64,000 bases of DNA, from assembly GCA_014803505.1 (NCBI GenBank), contig JAAVBM010000021.1, positions 2,078-66,077 of the forward strand, given 5' to 3'. This stretch comes from a bacterium (GTDB taxonomy: Bacteria > Cyanobacteriota > Vampirovibrionia > Gastranaerophilales > Gastranaerophilaceae). Shown piece by piece: positions 35,902 to 44,896 of the stretch. The first letter of the stretch is position 1. Every line of letters begins with the position of its first letter. A program made the translations under genes and the position numbers. Below the pieces are notes generated by a model, which saw nothing but the letters and a program-made list of their open reading frames with translations, did not search any database and was not told where the DNA came from.

Positions 35902-36750
35902 GTGCAAAATTTTTATAAAACAGATAAATTAAATTTCCTCACAGCAGGCATGCCGCTTGCTACAGGCAAGGATGGATACCCAAGAGCATTTGAGATTATA
36001 GAAGAATTGGGACTTGACGGAATGGAAGTCGAGTTTGTACATGGGGTTCGAATGACGGATGCTACCCGCGAAATAGTTAAGCAAATTCGTGAGGAGAAGA
36101 ATCTCGTTTTAACAGCTCATGGACCGTTTTATATCAATCTGAATTCTAAAGAGGAAGACAAAATTGAAGCGAGTGTGCAAAGGATTATTGATACCGCAAC
36201 TACTGCTTCAGGATTTGGCGGTTATAGTATAACTTATCATGCAGCATTTTATATGGGAAAAGACAAAGAAACTGTTTACCAACAAGTTAAAACTCAAACT
36301 CAGAAAATTGTTGAAATTCTTGAAAAAAATAATATTAAAATATGGATTCGTCCTGAAACTACGGGAAAATCAACTCAGTGGGGAGATTATGAGGAAATAA
36401 TCAGACTTTCTAAGGAATTTGAACAAGTATTGCCTTGTATAGATTTTTCTCATGTTCATGCTCGTACGGGTGGTGAATACAACACTTACGATGAGTTTTG
36501 TAAAATACTTGATAGAATCGGAAGCGAATTGGGTGAATTTGCATTGAATAATTTTCACGCACACCTTGCGGGGATTGAATACACTGCGAAAGGCGAAAAA
36601 CGTCATTTGATTTTAGAAGAATCTGATATGAACTATAAAGATCTTTTAAAAGCACTAAAAACTTTCGGGGTTAAAGGTGCTCTTGTGTGCGAAAGCCCGA
36701 ATATTGAAACAGATGCTAAGTTGTTAAAAGACTATTATATGAGTTTATAA
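35902..36750 (+). CDS. TIM-barrel protein, endonuclease IV (AP endonuclease 2)-like
   Basis: GTG start after AGGTAGG. Blocks TAHGPFYINLNS, YHAAFY, IRPETTGK, CIDFSHVHA and FHAHLAGIEY follow the order of Nfo metal-binding blocks. Confidence 0.55.
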   Translation: MQNFYKTDKLNFLTAGMPLATGKDGYPRAFEIIEELGLDGMEVEFVHGVRMTDATREIVKQIREEKNLVLTAHGPFYINLNSKEEDKIEASVQRIIDTATTASGFGGYSITYHAAFYMGKDKETVYQQVKTQTQKIVEILEKNNIKIWIRPETTGKSTQWGDYEEIIRLSKEFEQVLPCIDFSHVHARTGGEYNTYDEFCKILDRIGSELGEFALNNFHAHLAGIEYTAKGEKRHLILEESDMNYKDLLKALKTFGVKGALVCESPNIETDAKLLKDYYMSL

Positions 36751-36960
36751 TTAAACCTCGTCTTCAACTTCAATGAGAATATCGTGAATTTTGCAGTTGA
36801 AAAATTTGGCAATTTTTTCTAAGGTACTGATTTTATAGTCATAATGTTTGCCACTTAGCAGATGGCTTACTGTATTTACGCCCAAGCCGGTTGCTTCTGC
36901 GATTTCATCTTGTGTATATTTTTGTTTCCAACGAACATTATATAAATTTACTACGTACAT
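36751..36960 (-). CDS. XRE-family HTH regulator (69 aa), paralogue A
   Basis: KYTQDEIAEATGLGVNTVSHLLSGK is an HTH. The C-terminus KIAKFFNCKIHDILIEVEDEV is nearly identical to paralogue B. Confidence 0.75.
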   Translation of the reverse strand: MYVVNLYNVRWKQKYTQDEIAEATGLGVNTVSHLLSGKHYDYKISTLEKIAKFFNCKIHDILIEVEDEV

Positions 36961-36988
36961 ATAGCAAGTATATTATCCACCTTGCAGG

Positions 36989-37017
36989 TTGACATAAATT
37001 GCCTTGTAGTATATAAT
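36989..37017 (+). promoter_or_regulatory. Perfect consensus sigma70 promoter (TTGACA-17-TATAAT) facing plus
   Basis: ttgaca (36989-36994), a 17-nt spacer, then tataat (37012-37017). No plus-strand ORF follows. Transcription would run antisense into XRE paralogue B. Confidence 0.55.
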
Positions 37018-37088
37018 TTCTATATTGCACAGTGAAATTTGAAATATTTGTTAATATTCTGGGTGGGGTTTATATTATTATTTTTAAA

Positions 37089-37298
37089 TCAAACCTCGTC
37101 TTCAACTTCAATGAGAATATCGTGAATTTTACAGTCGAAAAATTTTGCAATTTTTTCTATTGTACGTAATTCATAGTTATAATATTTTCCACTGAATAAC
37201 TGCCCTATTGTCTTTTTGCTTAGACCTGTGGCTTTCATGATTTCATCTTGGGTATATTTCTTTTTCCATCGAATATTAAAAAGATTAACTATATACAT
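37089..37298 (-). CDS. XRE-family HTH regulator (69 aa), paralogue B
   Basis: KYTQDEIMKATGLSKKTIGQLFSGK is an HTH. Divergent from the HAD-like gene. Confidence 0.75.
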   Translation of the reverse strand: MYIVNLFNIRWKKKYTQDEIMKATGLSKKTIGQLFSGKYYNYELRTIEKIAKFFDCKIHDILIEVEDEV

Positions 37299-37394
37299 AC
37301 TGCAAGTATATATTTCACCACTTTAATTTGCTTTTTATCCACTTTTAAGTTAATATATGGATATTATAAGTTTAAAATTGAAATATTTATTAAC

Positions 37395-37727
37395 ATGAGA
37401 AAGAAAACTATTTGTATTGATTTTGATGGGGTACTTAATAATTACAACGGCTGGCAAGGCGAAGACAATCTTTTTGAAATGAAAGATGGTTGTGATGAGT
37501 TTTTAAATAAAGTTTCAAAAATATATAATATAACAATTTTTACTACACGTAAAAAATCTTTAGTTGTTGAATGGTTGAACAAATATAAACTTTCAAAGTA
37601 TATTGAAAATATTACTGATAAAAAAATTCCTGCTGAGATTTATATTGATGATAGAGCTGTGAATTTTGATGGTAATTATGATAATACATATTCAAGTATT
37701 AAGGAATTTTTGCCATATTGGAAATAA
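37395..37727 (+). CDS. Small HAD-superfamily hydrolase (5'(3')-nucleotidase-like, tentative)
   Basis: The internal ATG at 37395 gives MRKKTICIDFDGVLNNY (DxDGV motif I), ITIFTTR (motif II-like) and IYIDDR (motif IV-like). The upstream part of the listed ORF overlaps XRE-B and is unlikely to be coding. Confidence 0.55.
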   Translation: MRKKTICIDFDGVLNNYNGWQGEDNLFEMKDGCDEFLNKVSKIYNITIFTTRKKSLVVEWLNKYKLSKYIENITDKKIPAEIYIDDRAVNFDGNYDNTYSSIKEFLPYWK

Positions 37728-37761
37728 GATATTATCTGTAATTTTATGATAAAATCTTCTT

Positions 37762-38580
37762 ATGAAAGAATTTGATTTTTATATAGTTCCAACACCAATC
37801 GGAAATTTAGGTGATATAACGTTTAGAGCAATCGAAGTTCTGAAATCGGTTGATTTAATTGCCTGCGAAGATAGCAGAGTTACTCAAAAATTGTTGAATC
37901 ATTTTAATATTTCCACAAAATGCGTTTCTTATCATAAATACAATGAAAAAGAACGCATTTCGCAAATCGTTAACTACTTAGAAAGCGGTAAAAAAATGGC
38001 ATTGGTATCTGATGCCGGAACTCCGTTGATTTGCGATCCGGGCTCAGTCATTGTGAAAGAACTTCGTGAACGTGGTTTTTCGATTACATCTCTTCCCGGT
38101 GCGAATGCTGTTGTAACTTTTTTGTCACAAGTTTCTCGTGAAGATGAAAAATTTTCATTTGTAGGTTTTTTGCCAAAAACTCAGTCGCAAATTGAGGATT
38201 TAGTTAATAAATATGAGCATGAAGATTTCTTGTTTTATGAATCTCCTAACAGAATTGTTAACACTTTAAAGGTTATTCAAAGTGTTCGTCCGCAAGCCAA
38301 AGTGGCTGTCGGAAGAGAATTGACAAAAGTATTTGAAGAAGTTGTTGTAGATTCTGTTGAAAATGTTACAGAATATTTTGAAAATAATATTTCAAAAGGT
38401 GAATTTGTTGTAATGGTTTTTCGCAGTGAAAAAAATCAGGAAGATGCTGAAATCGAAAATAAAATAAAACTATTGCAGGACAAAGGTTTTAGCGCAAAGG
38501 ATATTTCTGTAATTCTTTCAGAGTTGTATAATATTAATAAAAATAAAGTATATAAAATTGCAATTGGTAAACAGATGTAA
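37762..38580 (+). CDS. rsmI: 16S rRNA (cytidine1402-2'-O)-methyltransferase RsmI
   Basis: YIVPTPIGNLGDITFRAIEVLKSVDLIACEDSRVTQKLL, SDAGTPLICDPG and YESPNR. Confidence 0.9.
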   Translation: MKEFDFYIVPTPIGNLGDITFRAIEVLKSVDLIACEDSRVTQKLLNHFNISTKCVSYHKYNEKERISQIVNYLESGKKMALVSDAGTPLICDPGSVIVKELRERGFSITSLPGANAVVTFLSQVSREDEKFSFVGFLPKTQSQIEDLVNKYEHEDFLFYESPNRIVNTLKVIQSVRPQAKVAVGRELTKVFEEVVVDSVENVTEYFENNISKGEFVVMVFRSEKNQEDAEIENKIKLLQDKGFSAKDISVILSELYNINKNKVYKIAIGKQM

Positions 38581-38656
38581 ATTACTTGTACTTTTTTTAT
38601 AATTTATGCTACAATTTTGTTGGAGAGTAGTTATAATTTGTTAAGGAAGTAAAATT

Positions 38657-40669
38657 TTGAACTTCAACGTAACAAAAAAGATTTTATTAGCGGCTGTTTT
38701 GGTCTTATTATCCCAAAACACAACCTTGGCTGTCGATGACGTCTGGGGTGATATGGGACTTACGGATGATGCTGTAAAATATAATGATGATTATAAAAAT
38801 ACAGTTTTTGATAAATATACAGCCCCTTCAGATAGTCAAACTCCTGAATTCACTCAGGGTAATTATCCTACAGATTTTTCATCTCAATCTTCTTATAGTG
38901 AACCTATTGATAATGAGAAAAAATTAATTAGAGAAATTGAATTTTATGGATTGAATTCTATTGCTGAGCAAGAAATTCGTGAAAAAATGCAAATGAAAGA
39001 TGGCGGTGAATATAGTCGTAATCTTTTACAAGCAGATTTAAAAGCAATATATGAAACAGGTTATTTTACCGAAAGAATGAAAGCTATTCCAACTTCTAAC
39101 GATGATGGAACTGTTACTATTAAAGTTGTTGTTGAAGAAAATATTCCTGTAAAAGATTTTACAATTGAAGGTAACTCTGTTATTCCTACAGAAGATATTT
39201 TAATGACTTTTGATGGAATGAAAGGTAAACCACAAAATATTGCTCAATTAAATATTGCAATTTCTCAAATTCAAGAACTTTATCATTCAAAAGGTTATAT
39301 TTTAGCAAGAATTGATTCAGTTTCTGATGATCCGGACGGAACAATCAATGTTAGTATAAAAGAAGGTATTATTGACAAGATTATGATTCAAGGTAATGAA
39401 AAAACCAAGGATTATATTATTGCACGTAATATTCTTACTGAGCCCGGAATGATTTATAATGAAAATCTTATTAAAGAAGATTTGGTAAGATTATATGCTA
39501 CTCAAGCTTTTAAAGATGTAACAAGAGAAATTGAGCCGAGTGAAGAGATTCCTGATGCATATGATATTACTATCAAAATTCAAGAACAAAGAACCGCTAG
39601 TATTTCTGTTGGTGGTGGTCTTGATACTGTTACAGGTTTGTTCGGATCTATGGGGATTTCTGAAAATAATTTCCGTGGAAGATGCGAAAGACTATCTTTA
39701 ACAGGCTTGGTAGGTACAGGTGTTATTCTTAATGACTCATCTGTTAAAGACCATATGAATATTCAGGCTGAATTAAGTTATTTCAAGCCTTATTTCCATA
39801 ATGCGGATACTTCTTTGAATACAAGATTATTCTTCAGAGATTTTGGTTCATACCAAGTTCCTCTGGCTGTTGAAAGAAGATTTGGTGCTGAGATGACTGT
39901 TGCTCACAAGTTGAAAAGAACAAGACATGCAACTGCGACATTCAGTGTAGGTGCTGAAAATATTGATGTAAGAGAAGGTGATTATAACGGAATTGTAGGC
40001 ATGTATAACCGTTATAATATTCCGATTGCTGAACGTGCAAAACAGTTAGAAGGCGGACTATTCTTATCTTTGAGTCCTGCATTATTGTATGATACCAGAG
40101 ATTCTGCTACTGTAACCAGACATGGTACAATGGCTAGTTTAAGATTTGATGAAAATATTGGTTTGAACGGGTTCGACAAAACTAACGGAAAACTTACAGG
40201 TATGATTAAACAATACATTCCTGTTGCAAAGAAATCATCTTTATCTTTAACAGTTAAAGGTGGTGGAGCTATCCATGGTGATATTCCTGAAGTTATGGCA
40301 TATCGTTTAGGTGGTCCTTATACTGTTAGAGGGTTCAAGATGAGTGGTGTTGGTACAGGTAATGCTTTCATTATGGGTTCTGCTGAATTCGCAACTCCTA
40401 TACCATTCCTTGACAGAACAAGAATTGCTTTCTTGAATAACTTAAGATTCACAGTATGGGCTGATGCTGGTAAAGTATTTGACGGAACTGTTTCAAATAC
40501 TTTGTATGACAGACCTATGTATGCTGTATCTGCCGGTGTTGGTTTGAAAGTATTTATTCCGGGTATGGGACCTCTATCTATTGACTACGGTATTCCACTT
40601 ACAAATCCGGGTAGTAATGGTTCTAAAAACGGCTACTTTACATTTGGTGTAGGCGACTTGTTGTACTAG
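38657..40669 (+). CDS. bamA: Outer membrane protein assembly factor BamA (Omp85 family)
   Basis: TTG start after AGGAAG. Signal peptide, repeated POTRA-like units (IREIEFYGLNSI..., VKDFTIEGNSVI..., IDKIMIQGNEKTKDYII) and a C-terminal beta-barrel ending GYFTFGVGDLLY. Confidence 0.85.
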   Translation: MNFNVTKKILLAAVLVLLSQNTTLAVDDVWGDMGLTDDAVKYNDDYKNTVFDKYTAPSDSQTPEFTQGNYPTDFSSQSSYSEPIDNEKKLIREIEFYGLNSIAEQEIREKMQMKDGGEYSRNLLQADLKAIYETGYFTERMKAIPTSNDDGTVTIKVVVEENIPVKDFTIEGNSVIPTEDILMTFDGMKGKPQNIAQLNIAISQIQELYHSKGYILARIDSVSDDPDGTINVSIKEGIIDKIMIQGNEKTKDYIIARNILTEPGMIYNENLIKEDLVRLYATQAFKDVTREIEPSEEIPDAYDITIKIQEQRTASISVGGGLDTVTGLFGSMGISENNFRGRCERLSLTGLVGTGVILNDSSVKDHMNIQAELSYFKPYFHNADTSLNTRLFFRDFGSYQVPLAVERRFGAEMTVAHKLKRTRHATATFSVGAENIDVREGDYNGIVGMYNRYNIPIAERAKQLEGGLFLSLSPALLYDTRDSATVTRHGTMASLRFDENIGLNGFDKTNGKLTGMIKQYIPVAKKSSLSLTVKGGGAIHGDIPEVMAYRLGGPYTVRGFKMSGVGTGNAFIMGSAEFATPIPFLDRTRIAFLNNLRFTVWADAGKVFDGTVSNTLYDRPMYAVSAGVGLKVFIPGMGPLSIDYGIPLTNPGSNGSKNGYFTFGVGDLLY

Positions 40670-40708
40670 AAATATAAATAATTTTATATATTAACTGGGA
40701 GGAAATTT

Positions 40709-41158
40709 ATGAAAAAATTAAAATTAATGGCTCTATTATTGGCAGCTGGCTTGAGTGTTTCTATAAGCACTAGCGCTAATGCTGAAGTTGGATTTTTAAA
40801 CTACCAGAAAGTTTTGGAAAACTATCCTGCAGCTCAACAAGCGGTTAAAGAAATCGATGCTAAAGGTTTAGAATTACAACAATATATGTTAGAAAAAGAA
40901 AAACAATACAAAAATTTAGATACTCCGCTTAAAAAGCAAAACTTTGAATCTCAAACAGCAAGTGAATTGAAAACTAAACAAGAAGCTTTGTACAAATTGA
41001 GAGTTGATAAAGAAACTCAAATTATGACACAAGTTCAAAATGCGGCTAAATCAGTTATGGTTGCTCAAAAATTAGATGCTATTTTAGCTGATCAAGTAAT
41101 TTTTGTTGGCGGTGTTGATGTTACAGATTTAATTATCCAAAAATTAAAAGGACAATAA
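40709..41158 (+). CDS. skp: OmpH/Skp-family periplasmic chaperone
   Basis: 149 aa, signal peptide, coiled-coil rich, and located immediately after bamA. VGFLNYQKVLENYPAAQQA is a typical Skp N-terminus. Confidence 0.75.
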   Translation: MKKLKLMALLLAAGLSVSISTSANAEVGFLNYQKVLENYPAAQQAVKEIDAKGLELQQYMLEKEKQYKNLDTPLKKQNFESQTASELKTKQEALYKLRVDKETQIMTQVQNAAKSVMVAQKLDAILADQVIFVGGVDVTDLIIQKLKGQ

Positions 41159-41181
41159 GTTAAATCTATTATTCAAATTTA

Positions 41182-41208
41182 AGGCACTGGGAGAGTCTTC
41201 CGGTGCCT
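41182..41208 (+). terminator. Hairpin after skp (weak T-tract)
   Basis: 9-bp stem aggcactgg/ccggtgcct (one G-U pair) with a 9-nt loop. Confidence 0.4.
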
Positions 41209-41239
41209 CATAACTTTATTAAGTGGAACAGAGAAGATT

Positions 41240-41998
41240 ATGAATTATTCAGAAGATGGTAGACAATATCATATAGGCTTAAAACAAGGCGACGTTGGTA
41301 AATACGTTATTTTACCTGGCGACCCAAAAAGATGTGCAAAAATTGCGCAGTATTTTGATAATCCGCAATTAGTGGCTGATAATCGTGAGTATGTTACTTA
41401 TACTGGTTATATTGACGGTGAAAAAGTCAGTGTTACTTCAACAGGAATTGGCGGACCTTCTGCGGCTATTGCTATGGAAGAACTTGTCAAAGTCGGTGCA
41501 GAAACATTTATTAGAGTTGGAACTTGCGGCGGTATGTCGTTAGATGTCAAAGGCGGCGATGTTGTTGTTGCAACAGGTGCTATCAGAATGGAAGGTACTT
41601 CTAAAGAGTACGCTCCTATTGAATTCCCTGCAGTCGCTAATCTCGATGTTACTAATGCCCTTGTTAAGGCGGCAAAAGATTTAGGATATGAATATCATAC
41701 AGGTGTTGTTCAATGTAAAGACTCTTTCTATGGTCAACACAGTCCTGAAACTAAACCTGTCAGTTATGAACTTCAAAATAAATGGGAAGCTTGGAAACGT
41801 CTTGGATGTTTGGCTTCAGAAATGGAGTCTGCAGCTTTGTTTATCGTGGCTAGTTATTTGAATGTTAAAGTTGGCTCTGTATTTCTGACTGTTGCAAATC
41901 AGGAAAGAGAAAAACTTCAGATGGATAATCCTGTAGTTCATGATACAGAAAAAGCAATAAAAACAGCAATTGAAGCAATTAGAATATTAAAAGGATAA
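41240..41998 (+). CDS. udp: Uridine phosphorylase (PNP/UDP family)
   Basis: 252 aa. [45 protein letters not shown] and SEMESAALF. Confidence 0.8.
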   Translation: MNYSEDGRQYHIGLKQGDVGKYVILPGDPKRCAKIAQYFDNPQLVADNREYVTYTGYIDGEKVSVTSTGIGGPSAAIAMEELVKVGAETFIRVGTCGGMSLDVKGGDVVVATGAIRMEGTSKEYAPIEFPAVANLDVTNALVKAAKDLGYEYHTGVVQCKDSFYGQHSPETKPVSYELQNKWEAWKRLGCLASEMESAALFIVASYLNVKVGSVFLTVANQEREKLQMDNPVVHDTEKAIKTAIEAIRILKG

Positions 41999-42002
41999 TA
42001 TT

Positions 42003-43481
42003 ATGTTCGGCAAAAACAGAATGGAATACGTTATTAAAACTTGCTCAGGAGAAAATGCGCAAGAATTGCAAAATCTTTTGAACGAAATGTCTATGAATGG
42101 CTGGGAATTATACAGTATGCACGATGTTGGAGATGAAGAAGCTCCTCAACTTAACTGTATCTTTATGCGTCAGGCTAAATCTGATAATAATTCCGACTGT
42201 GATATCATCAATATTTCTGATTTCAAAAGCCAAATGGAGAAAATGCTTTCACCTAAGTTGACTGAATATGAAAATTGTCTTGAAATTCAATCAAAAATCA
42301 GAAATCAAAAAGAGAAAATTAATAAAATCAAAGCTCAATTGGAAGATGAAGCTCCTGCTTCTGTTCCTCGTAAAAAGCTTAATGACAAAATCTCTGCAGG
42401 TTTGAAAGAGTTGGAAGATCTTAAGGCTCAATTGAATAAAGCTACTTCTCCGGATTTGATGTATTCTAAACTTCATGAAGAAAAGTTGACTATCTATTTG
42501 AGTGAAGAATTACTTGGTTTTGTAGATTCTGATAGAGATAATTCAGGTGAAGAACTTATTGCCGAAACCGTAAAATCTCGTTTAAAACTTACTGAAGAAG
42601 TTGGGTATATTATTCCTAAAGTAATCTTTAAAGATGATGAAAATTTAAATCCTTGTGAATTTAGTATCAGAATTCGCGGTATGGAAGTTTTCCGTGCAGG
42701 TGTTTGTCCGAATTACCTTATGTTCTATGCTGATGAATTACATACTGAACACAAAGTTAAAAATTCAGTTGAAGCGATTGATGAAATTACTGAACGTAAA
42801 GTTATTTGGATTGAAAAAGATAAAGCTAAAGATTTTTGGCAAAAAGGTATTACACCGTCTGAATATATCGCTAAAGCTTTGGAATACGTTGCAATTAAGC
42901 ACGTTGACGATCTTTTAGACTACGAAGATATCGATAAGTACCTTGAAGTCGTTGAAAAAGAAAACGAATTCCTTATTGAAAATATTATGCCTGATTTGTT
43001 GACATATTCTGATTTGAAATATTTGATGACTAGTCTTATCAAAGAAAAAGTGTCTATAAAAAATATTACATATATTTTTGAGAAAATTAACGATTTTGCT
43101 GACGAAAGCGGAAAAGCTGATATTCTTAATAAAATCAGACTTTCACTCTCAAGACAAATCTGCAAGAATTACATCAATGACGACGGTGAATCTATCAGTG
43201 CCTTCGAACTTTCTGAAAAAACATATACAGAAATCGTTCTTGGCTGTGATGATACAGAAGATTCGCTTATAAAAATTGATGGTGCTCTTGCCGAAACTCT
43301 TGCTGACAAAATCATGAAAAAGTGTAAGAAATTGAATATCCATTCGCCAAAATTGGTTGTGCCAATGGAATACAGACAGATATTCTTCACTCTTTTATCT
43401 TTGTATATCAACGATATTGCTGTTCTTGCACAAGAAGAAATCGGTTGCGCTTTTAAAATAGATTCTCTTGGTGAAATCTAG
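42003..43481 (+). CDS. Soluble protein: DUF4177-like N-terminus, coiled coil, and a FlhA cytoplasmic (FHIPEP C-terminal)-like domain
   Basis: N-terminus: YVIKTCSGENAQELQNLLNEMSMNGWELYSM. C-terminal 330 aa parallel FlhA-C block by block: LTEEVGYIIPKVIFKDDENLNPCEFSIRIRGMEVFRAGV, VIWIEKDKA, IMPDLLTYSDLKYLMTSLIKEKVSIKNITYIFEKINDFAD. No TM region. Confidence 0.6.
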   Translation: MFGKNRMEYVIKTCSGENAQELQNLLNEMSMNGWELYSMHDVGDEEAPQLNCIFMRQAKSDNNSDCDIINISDFKSQMEKMLSPKLTEYENCLEIQSKIRNQKEKINKIKAQLEDEAPASVPRKKLNDKISAGLKELEDLKAQLNKATSPDLMYSKLHEEKLTIYLSEELLGFVDSDRDNSGEELIAETVKSRLKLTEEVGYIIPKVIFKDDENLNPCEFSIRIRGMEVFRAGVCPNYLMFYADELHTEHKVKNSVEAIDEITERKVIWIEKDKAKDFWQKGITPSEYIAKALEYVAIKHVDDLLDYEDIDKYLEVVEKENEFLIENIMPDLLTYSDLKYLMTSLIKEKVSIKNITYIFEKINDFADESGKADILNKIRLSLSRQICKNYINDDGESISAFELSEKTYTEIVLGCDDTEDSLIKIDGALAETLADKIMKKCKKLNIHSPKLVVPMEYRQIFFTLLSLYINDIAVLAQEEIGCAFKIDSLGEI

Positions 43482-43513
43482 TCCTCGCCGGACGGGGTAC
43501 TTTGCCACCAGTT
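43481..43513 (+). repeat. GC-rich 33-bp direct repeat, copy 1
   Basis: gtcctcgccggacggggtactttgccaccagtt. Its first base is the last base of the preceding gene's stop codon (43479-43481). Confidence 0.8.
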
Positions 43514-43551
43514 GAGTCCTAAAGTAAGCGATATTGTTCAGCTCCGCAGGG

Positions 43552-43584
43552 GTCCTCGCCGGACGGGATATTTCGCTACCAATT
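43552..43584 (+). repeat. GC-rich 33-bp direct repeat, copy 2 (28/33 identical)
   Basis: gtcctcgccggacgggatatttcgctaccaatt. The period is 71 bp and the intervening segment is 38 bp. Confidence 0.8.
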
Positions 43585-43717
43585 ATGTTCTAGACTTATC
43601 TTTTTGTGTTTTGTAAACAAATGTTACAAAACTGCGCTCTTTTTTGATAAATAATTAAAGATTATTAAACTTCATGCCGTAACTCATCATGTGAGTAAAG
43701 AATAAGGAGTACCGAAA

Positions 43718-44128
43718 ATGACAATCAAGTTTAATGATTTCAACAATGGTTATAACAATTATAACTTTGTTATCGGTAAAGCAACTTCTAAAGAAAGTAA
43801 AAAGGCAGAAGAAACAAAGGAAATTGAAAAAAGTAACGTTGAATTTAAAGGTTTAAAAAACGAAACAGATTTGTTAACCAAAAATGTTCAAAATCTTTAT
43901 GGAGTTAATGTTGGTAAATTTGCACCTGAAGATAAAGATTTGGCAGATTCTACCAATGAAATTTTAGCAAGTTTAGGTTATTCATACAAAGTATCAGCAG
44001 CGCAAGTTGCTAGTGTTACTAACAGTGTTAAAACTGTGGTAATGCCAGGTATGAAAACAGCAGAAGATGGAGCAGTTGCTGCACATATTCAGGATCCTAA
44101 CGGACCGTTTGCAGAATTATTTGCATAA
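43718..44128 (+). CDS. Hypothetical protein (136 aa)
   Basis: AAGGAG RBS 7 nt upstream. N/Y-rich N-terminus. No family recognised. Confidence 0.45.
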   Translation: MTIKFNDFNNGYNNYNFVIGKATSKESKKAEETKEIEKSNVEFKGLKNETDLLTKNVQNLYGVNVGKFAPEDKDLADSTNEILASLGYSYKVSAAQVASVTNSVKTVVMPGMKTAEDGAVAAHIQDPNGPFAELFA

Positions 44129-44193
44129 GACTTATAAATATACTATATTTACTCACGTTTTAGCCCGATTATTTTTAATAGTCGGGTTTTTGA

Positions 44194-44526
44194 TTATTTA
44201 TGTTTTTTCTTTAATTTAATGTAAGCATTTAAATTTGCATTAAAATATTCTAAATCATTTTCATCAAGTTCTTTTAATTTTAGTATAATTGAACTTTGAG
44301 AATTTTTATTTATTATTTCATTAAAGTTAAACAATTCACTATACGAGATGTTTAAATATTCGTGTATTTTTTCAATAGTTTCAACAGATGCAAAACCTGC
44401 ACCTATTTCGATTTTCACTAAAGAATTTCTATGAATCCCGATTTGTTCTGCAAATTCTTCTTGTGATAAATTAAGTGCTTCTCTTAATGTTTTAATTTTG
44501 TTGCCAAAGGCTACTTTCAAACTCAT
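44194..44526 (-). CDS. XRE-family HTH regulator (110 aa)
   Basis: IKTLREALNLSQEEFAEQIGIHRNSLVKIEIG is an HTH_3 motif, followed by a C-terminal extension. Confidence 0.75.
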   Translation of the reverse strand: MSLKVAFGNKIKTLREALNLSQEEFAEQIGIHRNSLVKIEIGAGFASVETIEKIHEYLNISYSELFNFNEIINKNSQSSIILKLKELDENDLEYFNANLNAYIKLKKKHK

Positions 44527-44686
44527 ATAATAAGTTTAGTTTATTTTTTAGAACCTAACCATAATATATTGTATTGCAATTAGTGCAATATAACATATAA
44601 ATTTATAGACACTTGGGTGATGCTATATAGGTGGTATTTTGTGTATAAATATATATGTAGAGGTACGAATATATTTGTGAGGAATT

Positions 44687-44896
44687 ATGAAAAAGATTGA
44701 TTTAACTGAACAAGAACAACTGGTTCTTACATTTATGGCTAATGGTTTTACCAGAAAACATGCTGCTAAGCAATTGAACATTTCTTATCCGAAATGCTTA
44801 AAAATAGTAAGAAATATAAAAGACAAATTTGAAACTGACAGAATTGCTGTATGTATTGTTCAAGCTTTTTATAAAGGGTATATTACTTCTTTATAA
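44687..44896 (+). CDS. Stand-alone LuxR/GerE-like HTH protein (69 aa, divergent)
   Basis: LTEQEQLVLTFMANGFTRKHAAKQLNISYPKCLKIVRNIKDKF follows the GerE HTH layout. Confidence 0.5.
   Translation: MKKIDLTEQEQLVLTFMANGFTRKHAAKQLNISYPKCLKIVRNIKDKFETDRIAVCIVQAFYKGYITSL

Larger units (their letters stand above)
36751..37400. repeat. Tandem duplication of an about 320-340-bp cassette (XRE gene plus its divergent promoter/5' region)
   Basis: Units 36751-37088 and 37089-about 37400 align end to end. The first 71 nt differ at only 4 positions; the middle is far more diverged. The tails ...tgaaatatttgttaatATTct and ...tgaaatatttattaacATGag correspond. Confidence 0.65.

Noticed and set aside
43481-43584. 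Mini CRISPR array: 33-bp repeats with a 38-bp spacer.
   Set aside because: There are only two repeat copies, and they differ at 5 of 33 positions. No cas genes or leader-like AT tract with further repeats are present in the window. The geometry alone is insufficient, so I kept it as an unexplained repeat.
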